DNA from: Neocallimastix sp. 'constans'
Taxonomy: Eukaryota
Reading direction: 5' to 3'
Assembly (NCBI GenBank): GCA_050613775.1
Contig: JBODTK010000136.1
Coordinates: forward strand, 372,001 to 436,000
DNA length: 64,000 nucleotides
Each line of letters opens with the position of its first letter. The first letter of the stretch is position 1. A model generated the notes under the pieces. That model did not search any database and was not told the origin of the DNA. It saw only the letters and a program-made list of their open reading frames with translations. Positions 1 to 13,511 of the stretch are shown here, one piece after another. The position numbers were made by a program, and so were the translations under genes.

Positions 1-80
1 AAAAAAAAAAAAAAAGAAAGAAACAAAGCGATTCAATCATTAATATATATTATATATATTATATCTTTATAATAAAATAG

Positions 81-269
81 AGCTAATTTCTTCTTAACAT
101 TTTATTTCCTTGCTCATAGTGTTATAGACAATTCTGAGGATACTAATGTATGTAATATTAAATATAATATAATTTATAATAATTATAATTATAATCATAA
201 AATGTTAATCTTTACACTTTCAGATTTGTCAGTGCTCTTTAAAATTTATTAATAAAATAATAATAATAA

Positions 270-324
<55 letters not shown>

Positions 325-1522
325 TAGTTAACTTTCATGAAAAATTTTGGACCTACTCTCTTTTTAATTATGGAAACAATTTACGCATATGCTATTATTT
401 GTATATTTATTAGTTCCTTAGGTAACAGACCTCAAGGCTCTAGATTATTATATTTAGCATGTATTATTCTTTTTGCTGTTGTGATGGTGTATGTATTTAA
501 TATAATTATTGTTAAATAGTATCAATACAAAAAAAAATTAAAATTAAAGTATAGAATATAAATATTAAAATAAATATTAAAATAAATATATTGTATTAAA
601 TAATATAGATTTATTCTGATCCTTACAATTTTAACAATTTATCAAGTTCTTAAAGTTAAAGAACTTAGTAAAAATTCAGGAGATCCTGATAGAATAAAGT
701 AAATAGAAATTTTACCAATATTATTGAAATAATTAATATAAATATTATAATTATTGTTAATATAATATTATTTTTATAATTTATATTTTTATTTTTGGAA
801 TTTTTTACAAATAATAAAAAAAAATTTTTTAATAAATATTAATTTATTTATTTATTTTTATTTTAACTTTTATTTTATTCTATTTTATTATAGTAAAAGT
901 AATAAAAATGTTTATGGTATGTTCTTCTCATTATTGGCAACCTATGGTTTATATTTTATATCATCATTAATTCATTTACAACCAGCCCATATGTTTACTT
1001 CATTTATTCAATATATGCTTCTTTTACCATCATTTATTAATATTTTAATGGTCTATGCCTTTTGTAATACTCATGATGTATCTTGGGGTACTAAAGGATC
1101 TACAGATGATGCATCTTCTAAACTTGGTAGTATTACTGCTAAACCTGGTGAAAATATTCATGTTGAGTTACCATCTAAAGAAAATATTAATTCACATTAT
1201 GAAAAATTACTTCCAGAGCTTAAGAAAGGTAAAATTGAAGAACCTAAAACTGTGGATCACAATCAAGCTATTCAAGATGGAAAACAAAACGTAAGCTTTT
1301 TTTTTTTTTTTTTTTTTGTTGTTAATATTATTTTTAATTTAATCATAAAGTAATTAATTATTTTTTTTTAATTTAATTACCTTTAATTTGTTTTTGATTC
1401 TTTCTCCTTTTATTAATAATATTATTATTTATAAACATTATATATATTTTTATCATTAATTATAATTTAAATTTTAATATTTTTTTTTATTCTTATTTTT
1501 ATTTTTGTGTCTTTTTTTGTTT

Positions 1523-1564
<42 letters not shown>

Positions 1565-1796
1565 TTAATAATATTAATAATATTAATAATAGTTCCGTAC
1601 TTATTTGGTGCTCTTTTGGATTTTCTGTAATTCCATATTATTAATTTTGGGTTTAACTGTTTTCAATCGTAGCTACAGTATTTTGAACAAAGAATTTAAT
1701 CCATATCTTGACTTTATTTTCTATAGTGTTTTATTATTAAGTGGAGTTCGTTTCATTGGCAGTACATTATATATCATACAAGAAATTATATCCTAA
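81..1796 (+). CDS. Chitin synthase, division 1 (class I-III-like), 3' part only; exons ~81-147, 328-488, 609-698, 894-1290, 1593-1796
   Basis: GT-AG joined exons give ANFFLTFYFL...SSLGNRPQGS...HMFTSFIQYMLLLPSFINILMVYAFCNTHDVSWGTKG...FRTYLVLFWIFCN, the C-terminal transmembrane signatures of fungal chitin synthases. The 5' part lies outside the window. Confidence 0.93.
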
Positions 1797-2378
1797 ACCT
1801 CCAATTTAAAATTTTTAATTATTATAATATTAAAAAATATAATAATAATAATTTATATATAATTTAATTATATTAACATTAGTTGATTTATTAAAATAAT
1901 AATAATAATTTATTCTTTATAATTTAATTATATTTACAAAAGTTATAAAAGGAAAATTTATCATTTAATTTTAAATACTATTTTTTTAACTTAAAAGTTT
2001 TATATAATTTTTATTGCATATATAAATATTTATTGGATTCTTATTATTTATTTATATAAAAATAAATAAATAAATAAATATTCATAAAAAAAAAACTCTC
2101 ATTATTTATTAGTAATATTATAAAAAATTTATAATATTAATATTGTATTTTATTTTTTATATTTTTTTAAAATGTTTAAATTTAAAATCTTGATAAAAAT
2201 AGAGGGTTATATGTAATGTTTATTTATTTATTTTATTAAATAAATCTTATTATTAAAAATTATTATTAATTATTTTTTTTTTTTTTAAACATTTTAATGT
2301 GAATAAATTTTCTTTTATCAATATATAATTTAATTGATTTTATTGATGGATATAACTATTTAAGAATAATAATATTTA

Positions 2379-2412
<34 letters not shown>

Positions 2413-2790
2413 GAGTATTTATATTTAGTTCAACTACTACTGTAAATATTATTAACTAATAAAATGAATATTATGAAAGATATAGTGAAAAGTATAAACA
2501 TATATTAAGAATATTATTATAATGATAGTTCGTATGATCGTTATAATATAATTATTTATATATATCTATTACAGGTGAATATGTATGAATATCGATTAAT
2601 AATTTAATTTTTTTTTTTTTTATTCATGTATAATATATAATTATTAAATACAAAGAAAATATATATATTTGCAATAAAAATTTTATTATTATAAAATACA
2701 TTTTATTATTATATATTTATAAATATTAATTACATAAAATAATAAAGAATTATGAATGAATTAAAATATACCTTTTTTTTTAAAATTTTT

Positions 2791-2825
<35 letters not shown>

Positions 2826-3337
2826 TGTATATTAAAAATTTTATAATTAATCTTTATTTATTTTATATATATATTTTAAATTTTTCTTTTTGTAGAAATG
2901 ATTTTATAATTTTTAATTTGAAATTTCAATTTTAAAAATAAAGACCTTTTTTTTTTTTTTTATTATAATAAATAAATATTGTATATATTTCAAAAAAAAA
3001 AAAAAAAAAAAAAAATTATTTATATATTATATATTATAACTTATTTATTGTTATTTTTTTTCAATATCCATTTTAATTCATATAAATTAAATAAATAAAT
3101 AAAATAAAATATATAAAAAATAATTCCATAAATTACTATACCGTATTAAATATTATATAATCCTTAAAAAAAATATAAATATAAATAAAAATAACTCATA
3201 ATTACGGAATTATTTTTTACATATCTTATTATTATTAACCTTTTTCTAAAAGAAATAATAAGAGAGGGGAAAAAAATAATTATAAAAAAAAAGTATATAA
3301 TTTCATACATAAATATTTATATATTAAAAAATAAAAA

Positions 3338-3791
3338 ATGCCCAAGATTACACGTGGACATTCAACAACAGCTGCACGTAAAGCAGCAATGGAAGCACCA
3401 ATTAAAAAAGGAAAAAACCTTAAAAAAGAAAGAGAAGACCAAGAAGTAATTAAACGAATAAAGAAAGAAGAAGAAGAAAAAGAAGTTGAAATAAAAACTA
3501 AAACTGAAATTGAAACTAAAATTGAAACTAAAATTGAAACTGAAACTGAAACTAAAACTAAAAAAGAAGATAATACCGTTTATGGTGAAATACTTCCAGC
3601 AGATGAAAAACAATTATTTGATTTAATTCAAGCTTATCCAAAAGTATTATTATTTTTTCTTTATTTTATTTTTTTTTTTTTTTTTTTTTTTTATTATTAT
3701 TTTTATTTTTTCTTTATATATATATATATATATATCAACATTTCAAAAATTAAATTTCTTCAAAATTCACTTCAAATTAAATTTCCTAAAA

Positions 3792-3822
<31 letters not shown>

Positions 3823-5065
3823 ATTTTAAAAATCTAAATAATAATTATTTAAGATATTAACACTATTAAAATAAAGAAATGAATTTCATCTTTATATACT
3901 ATTGGAAAAAATAATAATGATAAAATAAAAAAATAGTAACAATAATTTGTTGAAATCAAAAGAAATCCTTTTTAAAAATTATAAAATCAATTTCTAATAA
4001 ATTTGTATATATATATTGGAAATATTGATTATTAATTTAATATTTTTTCGTTTTTTTTTATAGTAATAAATTTATATTTAAAAAAAAAAAAAAAAAAAAA
4101 AAATATTATTATTATTAATAAATAGTATATATATGTATTATAAAATTAAATAAGGGAATATCAAGTGTATTAGCTCTACAACATCTAGATGGTTGGTCAA
4201 TTAATGATCTTGTTACTGTTGGTAACAGTCTTTCAAAAAAGGTAATTAATTAATAACATTTGTTATTATTACTTTTATTATTATTATTATTATTAAGAGT
4301 AATAGTAGCAGTAATAATAACATTAAAAATAAAATTTTATTTTTTTCCTTTTTTTTACTAATTTTATTGTTATTATTATTTTTCATTTTTTTTAATACTG
4401 TCATATATCTTATACATATATATATATTACATTTAAATATAAAAATATAAAAATCATATTAATAAAAATATCTGTCATTCATTCCCACAAATTAATATTA
4501 TTAATATAAAATTTTATTTATTAATAAAAACAATTAACAACAACAATAATAATAATGATAATAACAACAAAATAATAATGATAAAATAATAAAATTTTAA
4601 TGATAAAAAAAAAAAAAAAAAAAAGGATTTAATAGAAATTAGATCTTCAGGTACAGGTCCAGGTAATAATGTATTAACATTTGTTGCCGTATCAGAGGAA
4701 GAAGTTCATAAGTAATAATTTTTTTTTTTTTGGGGGGTTTATTATTTAATTATATTATATTAATTATATATATATATATATATATTGTTTTTTATTTTTT
4801 TTTTTTTATTTTTATTTTTATTTTTATTTTTATTTTCTTCCTAAATTTTCAAAATTTTAATAAAAGATTACGTTCTATGGATGCCAATGAAAAAATTATC
4901 TATGGATATATTAAAGAAGCAGGTTCTAAAGGTATATGGCAAAAAGATTTAAAAATTAAATCTGGTATACATCAAAAACAAGTTCTTGCTTCATTGAAAG
5001 CTTTGGAAAAAAGAAAAATTATTAAAACGGTTAAATCTATTAAAGTAATTATATTTTCAAAAATG

Positions 5066-5130
<65 letters not shown>

Positions 5131-5496
5131 TTTTCATATACTAATAATTATTAAATAATTAATATTTTTAATATTAATAATTATAATAATATTATTATTA
5201 TCATTTATCATTAAATTTGTGATATATATATATATATATATTTTTCACATACTAAATAATTATTGTTATTATTATTATCATTATTATTTCTTTCTTCATT
5301 AACAAAAGAATTCAATAAAAAGAGTATATATGTTATATGAATTAGCGCCCTCTGATGAAGTAACAGGTGGTACATTTTATCAAGATAATGAACTTGATGT
5401 TGAATTCATTGAAATTTTATCCACTGCTATCTATCGAAAAATTTTAAAAGATGTAAGATAATTAATACCTTTTTATTATTATTATTATTATTATTA

Positions 5497-5564
<68 letters not shown>

Positions 5565-6021
5565 TATTATTATTATTATTACTCTTATTCTTATTCTTAT
5601 TTTATTCATATTCTTATTCTTATATTCTTATTTTATTTTCATTTTTAATATGTATATATTTATATTTTATTATTATTATTATGATGATGATGATAATTAT
5701 TATTATTATAATTATTATTATTATTATTATGATGATGATGATGATGATAATTATTATTATTATAATTATTATTATTATTATTATTATTATAATTATTATT
5801 ATTAATTTATTTATTTATTTATTTATTGCTAATATTAATATTAATTTATATATAATATGGTATTTATTTACTTATTTATTTATTATTATTATTATTTTCT
5901 CTTAAATTTTCTTTATATTTCTCTACCTTATATAATTTTACCATTTATCATTATATCTTATATCATATCTTATATCATTGTTATATTATTATTGAACCCA
6001 TTAACTCAAACATATTATTTA

Positions 6022-6057
<36 letters not shown>

Positions 6058-6484
6058 TCTGTTTTATATTTTATGGATGATTTCGAAAAAAAAAAAAAAA
6101 AAGAGTATGTCAGTAAGTGAAGATCAATTATTACCAGCTAATTATCCTTACTATCCAACCGTATCCTCCTTAAGTCATTTTTTGAATAATTCAGATCTTT
6201 TTCGTTCCGGCGTTTCACTGGATAATGATGATGTACAAGGCTTATTGGATCGATTAGTATATGATGGTAAAATTGAGAAAAGACTTCGATCCTCACTAGG
6301 GGCAGGTGCTGGTACAGAGGATGAAGAGGATCTTTGGATGTATAAAGCAGTTAATAGTAATAAATCTGAAAATGTATTAACCGATACACCGTGTGGTCAA
6401 TGTCCCGTATTTAAAATGTGTGATTCTTTAGGCGAAGTTAACCCTACCACTTGTCAATATTTTTCAAAATGGTTAGAATTTTAA
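3338..6484 (+). CDS. RPC34: RNA polymerase III subunit C34/RPC6; exons 3338-3643, 4155-4241, 4626-4711, 4867-5044, 5309-5452, 6104-6484
   Basis: The spliced frame is open. It contains IYGYIKEAGSKGIWQKDLK..LKALEKRKIIKTVKSIK, YMLYELAPSDEVTGGTFY, LLDRLVYDGKIE and the C-terminal PCGQCPVFKMC..PTTCQYFSKWLEF. Confidence 0.95.
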
Positions 6485-6842
6485 AAATAAAAAAAAAAAA
6501 AATATATATATATATATTATATCATCATCATCATCATCATCATCATTTAATTATTATTCTATTTATATATTTAAACTTATTTTTATGAATAAAAATAAAA
6601 AAAAGATAAAAAATAAAAACAGTTATTAAATAATATTATATATATAGATATATATAGATATTTTTATATATAAAAATAAAAATATTGATTTAATTGTTGT
6701 ATGAATATTAAGCAAACGGGTTTATTTTTTTATTTTTATTTATTTTTATTTTTATTTTTATTTTTTTATTTTTTTTTTTTTTTTGAAATTTTATATATTA
6801 TTGGTATCTATTATTTATTATTAATTTGTTATTTATAATTAC

Positions 6843-6924
<82 letters not shown>

Positions 6925-7005
6925 AGATAAAATATGGATAATAATAATAAAAAAAAAAATTCATTTTTCTTTTTATTTTTTATTCTTTATTTTTATTTTT
7001 CTTAA

Positions 7006-7052
<47 letters not shown>

Positions 7053-7447
7053 TATTATTATATTACAATAAGTAAGATTTTAAATTATTATAAAAATGGA
7101 ATAAAAAAAAAAAAAAGAAAAAAAGAAGTAAATAAATTTTAATAAAATTTATAGAATAAATATTTTTAATAGAATAAATATTTTAATTTTAAAATACTAT
7201 ATATTTTCTATATTAATTATTATTTTTTTCTCTCGTATGATAAAAAAAATTTTTAAAATATAAAAATTTAAAAATTAAAATAATATATTTCAATTTATAG
7301 ATAAATTATAAGATTAAGAGATAAAAAAAAATAAAAAAAAAAAAAAAATTAAATTTTGAATTGAATTTTTTTTTTTTTTTTTTTTTTTTTTATTTGTTTT
7401 ATTTTGGTTTGATGAATTTATAATTATGTTTGTGAGTATAATTTCAT

Positions 7448-8294
7448 TTAGTTATGCCTTCCGAATAAAAATTCATCTGCTTCTTCATCCTCACTATAAT
7501 AACTACGATTATCGTCTTCACTATCATCATCATCATCGTCATCGTCGTCGTCTTCATAATCACTATGTGTATTTCTATATCTATATATATAAATTAATAA
7601 AAAAAAAATTTTTTTTAAAACATAAATACATTATTAAAGTAAATTTATTAATATTTTTAATTTCATTATTTTAACTATTTTAATTATTATAAAGATATGA
7701 ATATATATTTCAAACTTACTTATTACTATGATAATTAATTGGTCCAGTAGACATTTTAGTTTTTTCAAGTCTTTTAATTGCTTCATTAATTTCAATTTCC
7801 TATTTATCATTTTTTTTTTTTTTTATTTTTATAAAAATACATATATATATATACATTTATAAATATAAATATAATTTGTATTAATAATTAATACATTTCA
7901 AATTTTAATAATTATATATAAATATAAAAACAACAATAATTATATATAAAAATAATATAAATATTAAATAATTTCAAAATTTACTTTTTGAAGTTTTCTT
8001 TGACGAATTTGAATTTCAAGTGATTCTTCAATTGAAATGAATTTGGTATGATTTTTATTTGGTTTATGAGGTATCATAAATTTTGGTTCATACTTTTCAA
8101 TTTAACATTTATTTTATAATTTACAATAATAATTCATAATAATAATAATAATAATAATTAATATAATGAATTTTTAAAAATTAAAATTTTATTAATTTAA
8201 AATGAAATTTTTAATAATATTAACAATTTTTTTTTTTTTTTTTTAATATTATTATTATTAGTAGTAGTGTTTACAAAAATAATAATAATAATAA

Positions 8295-8325
<31 letters not shown>

Positions 8326-8962
8326 AAAAAAAAAAAAAATAAAAAATTACTTACAAGATTTGGATTATTTAAAATCATTTCGGCTACTCTAGCTTGACCA
8401 CGTTTATATTTAGGAGTAGGTTTATTAGTATCTTTTTCATCACTACCTTCAGAAATATTAATAGATTTTAATTTTTGATTAAGTGATTCCACTTCCATAT
8501 CTTTTTCAATAGTAGTTTCAGTAGTATCCATTGATTTATTTTCAGTTTCTGTTAATTTTTCTTTACTGTTACTATTATTATTAACTTCCTTGATATCCAT
8601 TTTTTCATCATTATTATCTTTTTCTTTTTCAATTGTAATATTTCTTCTTGTAATTTCTTCTTTAATTTCTTTATTTTTTAAAAGAATCTTTTCACCCTTA
8701 TCTGGAAGGTTATTAATCAAAGCTCTTTTTTTTTTTTTTTTTTTTTTGATTTTTAAAAAAGTAAATATTAAAACAATAATTAATTTGTTATATAATAATA
8801 TAGTAATATAGTAATATAGTTATATAGATATTAAAATAAAATATAAAATATTATTATAATAAAATATAATAAATAATTTCCATTAGTATTATAATATAAT
8901 TTAATCAAAAGAAATAATGAACTTATATACATATATATATTGATTTATTTATTTTTATTTCA

Positions 8963-8999
<37 letters not shown>

Positions 9000-9215
9000 T
9001 TATTTATTTATTTATTTTTACTTGTTACTTAGCAATTTTTCGTTTTTTTCCAATAAATCTAATAATTCTTCATCTGAACATTTTTTATAATTCACTTTAT
9101 TATTTTTTTTTCTTAAAATTACAGATCTATCCACATCTTCTTTAATACCATTGTCAACGTTTAAATAATTTTTTCCTGGAAGGAAAGGTGATACACCCTG
9201 TGGAGCAAATGACAT
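7448..9215 (-). CDS. Gdown1/POLR2M (GRINL1A)-like protein, 294 aa; exons 9215-9022, 8724-8355, 8092-7985, 7799-7720, 7580-7448
   Basis: Five exons with GT-AG borders and consistent phases (885 nt). Motifs in order: EELLDLLEKNEKLLSNKALINNLPDKGEKI, TKFISIEESLEIQIRQRK, and KYRNTHSDYEDDDD...DEF near the C-terminus. Confidence 0.8.
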
Positions 9216-9603
9216 TTTTTTTTTTTTTTTTTTTTTTTATTATTGAATAAAAAAGAATTTGATAAAAGAAAAAGTATATTTCTAATTTAATTATTATATA
9301 TTTATTTTACAAATAAAATGAAAATAAAAAGAAATTTAGATATCAATATATTATTATTTTATTTTATATATAATTAAACTAAAATAAAAATAATAATAAT
9401 AATAATAACAATAATAATAAAATAAAATATTTATTATTATTATTATTTTTTTTAAAATTGATTTTATTCTTTTCCAAATTAAAAAATAAAAAAAAAAAAA
9501 AATATATAAAAGAAATAAAAATTTATATAAAAAAAAAAGTTTTTTATTTATATAAATTAAAATTTAATAGCATAGCACATAATTATATATTAAATTTTAA
9601 TAT

Positions 9604-9643
<40 letters not shown>

Positions 9644-9729
9644 ACGCCTTTTTTTGTCCTAATTTTTATTAATAAAAATAATAAATATATATCCATATAA
9701 ATTTTTCCATAAATAAATAAATAAACATA

Positions 9730-9938
9730 ATGGCTTATTGGTCGCTGAATTCAAAAGATTATGGGTTAATGGGTTAAAGAAAGACGGAAAGACATGGATT
9801 TATAATACCCATCAGTAATGGGCTGAGTAAATAGGTTATGGAGTAACCACTGTCCCCGAACCTATAGCTGTCTTAGAAAGACTAGGTTTTATTAGCAGCG
9901 ATTTTTTAAATCCGAATAAAACACTGCGTGTAAATATA
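9730..9938 (+). pseudogene. Decayed fragment of a bacterial/phage-type winged-helix replication initiator gene (candidate horizontal insertion)
   Basis: GC-richer island. Removing one copy of the 8-bp tandem duplication ATGGGTTA (9761-9776) gives MAYWSLNSKDYGLKKDGKTWIYNTHQ*WAE*IGYGVTTVPEPIAVLERLGFISSDFLNPNKTLRVN, with TAA stops at 9816 and 9828. Confidence 0.6.
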
Positions 9939-10421
9939 AAAAATTTCTTTTTTAAATATTTATATACATAATATATTTAGATGATGTAAATAATTAAATA
10001 ATTAAATAATTGAATAAATAAATAAATAAACATTTTATACATTAATACATATTAATAATATTAATACATAAATATTAAATAAATTTATATAACCCTTTTT
10101 TTTTTTATCAAATAATTTTTTAAATTTTTTATTATTACTATATTTATATTTTTATATTTTATGTTTTATATTATATATTTATATATATTCATTTATTAAC
10201 GTACATTTAAAAAACTAAAGCTTTAAACTTTATTATCAATATTAAAAATTATTAATCTTTAAACTTTATTATCAATATTAAAAATTATTAATAAGATTAT
10301 ATATAAAAACTATTTTTTTTTTCTGCTTTTCTTTTTAATTATTATTTGCATTTCATTTATTTATATATATATATATTTATTTATTTATTCATTTATTTAT
10401 TTTTAAATAAAATGAACCTTT

Positions 10422-12065
10422 TTAATTATCATTAACAATTTCATTTTTTTTCCATGAAACATTTAAAGGAAGAATTGGTAATGTTTTATCAATATTCTTT
10501 GATGAAGAATCATCAACCTTGGAATCTAATTTTGAAACCTAAAATAATATATAAAATACATTATTATTTTAAAAAGAAAAAAATAATAATAATAATAAAT
10601 ACAAAGAAATTTAAAAAAATTAATATGTATTATAAAATTTAATAGCATTATTAACTATATATATATATATATATATATAATTATATATGTAATAAAATAA
10701 AAAATAAAAATAAAAAGTAAAATAAATTCTATTAAAATATATATATATATATATATTATTTCATTTTATTTTTATTTTTATTTTTATTCTTTTTTTTTTT
10801 TTTTTTTTTATTATTTTATCTTTTTTCTAATTTTTTTATTTTTTTAATTTTTTTTTTTTTTTTTTTTTATTACCAATTCAAATTCCACTAATCTACTATT
10901 TTTAATAGCTTGTTTTTCCTTATCGGAAAGAGTCCAAGAGATCTTATTTCTTTTTTCAATGATTGGTTTATAATATTCAAATGTTTTTTGAGCAAAGCAT
11001 GGTATGATGGTGGTAAGAATGGATTGAGGGGAGGTATCATTTAAATCGTTAAAGTAAAGACCACCGACACCACGCATTTCATCACGATGAGATATAAATG
11101 TAACTTGTTTACCTTCCTCAATGAATTGATCGAAATATTCTGGATTAATTTGATCTAAATCTTCCTTAAATTTTTGATAAAATTCTGACAAGAGATTATC
11201 CTTGACAGCGGAGGATAAGTCTTCTTGTTTTGTCATAAATACATTTGTATCTGAGAAATCATTACCTCCACTAAACCACCAATACGTTTTACCGGTAGAA
11301 TTATTTTTAACTTCATTATAGGCTAGATCAAGGAAAGAAGTAGGAATATTTGGATTTTGAGGATAAAGAATTGAGGAAAGGCTAGCTTTATAATATGAAA
11401 ATTTATCATTTAAAGATTTTGAAATGATTTGAACAGCCGGTCTAGTAGTTAATAATTCAATAATTTGAAATGGAGAAAGAGAACCAGATTCAATGTTGAC
11501 TTGAACGACGGCTTTTTCAAAAATTTTACCATTTTCAAAATTACAAGTGGTACCACCCCCGGTAGAATTTTTAGAACGTTGATTCCAATTACTACGACTA
11601 AACGTTACTTTAGTATCTGTTTCCTCAATAAAACGAATAATGTCATTTTGTATAGAATATAAATAAGTAGCCATTTGTTGTCTCATATTTGAGTCATACT
11701 TTTTTTTTTTGTTGTTGTTGTTGTTGTTGTTATTGTTTATAAAATAATAAAATAAAAATTTGATATATATAATATTATATCGTTAAATATATATATATAT
11801 ATATAGAATATAATATAAAAAAAAAAATTAAAAATAAAAATAAAAAATAAAACGATTGATTATTATTTGTTATATATATATATTTTTCTCGTATAATATA
11901 GAATAATATTTATTATTTCACTTTACAGATTTCTGAACACGTTTTACTCTTTTAACATCCGATGAGTTATAATCATTCTTTAAATAATAATAATAATAAT
12001 GAAAGTTAATATTAGTATATAAGTTTTAATATTTTTTTTATATAAATAAAAATATATATATATAT

Positions 12066-12101
<36 letters not shown>

Positions 12102-12912
12102 AAGAAAAGACATACCAAAGTTCTTCTTTTTTTAAAAAAATAATATAAAGGAATTAATTGGAATAAACCGAGAGTAGCATATAAATAATATTTATTATAA
12201 TTATTGCCTGAAGAAGAAGACTTTTTATTTTCTTTTTTAGTGATTGGAATGGTACCACTTTTCTTCTCAGTTGAAGATTTTGTTTCAGAATTATCAATTG
12301 TTTTATTTAAAGGTTCATCTGATAAAGGTTTCTTATCATCAAAGAGTTTAGGGGTTGGTTTATCCGTATCTGTATTTTTATTTTCAGAATTATTCTTTTA
12401 CGTATATTTATATATAATAAAAAACAAATAATAATAAAAAATAATAATAAAAAAACAATGGGAACATAAATAAATATATTTGTAAATTAAATTATCCATT
12501 ACCCTTATATATATATATATATTATTTTATTATATTATACTTTTTATTATATTTTATATTTTATATTTTTATTATTTATTTATGTAATAACTAATTAATA
12601 ACATTAAATAATAATAATAATAATATATATATATATTTACTATTAAATCCTTCGTTTGTAGATTAGGAATTTCTATCTACATAAAAAAAAAAAAAAAAAA
12701 AAAAAGATTTAATAATAAATAATTAAGAATATATATATATTATTGTATGAAAAAGATATTAAGAATATATATATATTATTGTATGAAAAAGATATATATA
12801 TGTATTGTTGTATAGAAAGAAAGATAGATATGTTAATAGATTTTATAAAATTATTTATATATATATATATTTACATTTAAAAAATATTTATATATACACA
12901 ATTAAAAATTTT

Positions 12913-12957
<45 letters not shown>

Positions 12958-13192
12958 TAGATAGATATAGATAGTTAGTTAAAATATTTACTTTTGGACC
13001 ATTTTCAGTTGAATATAAACAACTATCATTTGTCAATATAAATCAATATATATAAATAAATTAGAAATTAGAATTAGAAATTAGAAATTAGAAATTAGAA
13101 ATTAAAAAAATACATCAGAAATTTAATTTTGGATTTTGGATTTTAGAATTTAAAATTAGATTTTTAAAAATTTATTTATTTTTTTCTAAAAG

Positions 13193-13260
<68 letters not shown>

Positions 13261-13465
13261 TAATAATAATAATAATTGATTTTATATCCATCAGTTATCA
13301 ATTATTCAATAATAAAACAATGATAAAATAAAATAAAATAAAAATAATAAATATATATATATATATATATATTTACCGATTTTTTATAATATGATTATTT
13401 ATAATATTTATTGAAGTTTTTTGTAAAATTGAATTTTTTAAAATGGCTGTAGATAGAGTTAAAGA

Positions 13466-13468
<3 letters not shown>
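10422..13468 (-). CDS. Coproporphyrinogen III oxidase (Hem13/CPOX)-like protein with degenerate active site; exons 13468-13377, 13022-12992, 12676-12641, 12394-12116, 11977-11927, 11698-10874, 10538-10422
   Basis: Motifs GGGTTCNFENGKIFEKAVV, YPQNPNIPT, WWFSGGND, FISHRDEMRGVGGLYFNDL, SRLVEFEL and LPLNVSW. Upstream exons splice in frame to an acid-free N-terminal leader and a hydrophobic segment. Confidence 0.85.

Positions 13469-13511
<43 letters not shown>

Noticed and set aside
9725..9935. Structured ncRNA (SRP, RNase P/MRP, telomerase or snoRNA), suggested by short helices such as tcgctg/cagcga and gttttatt/aataaaac and by the ATGGGTTA repeat
   Set aside because: No family's full set of conserved boxes is present in the right order. 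A repaired reading frame explains the island better, and the repeat is the frameshifting duplication.
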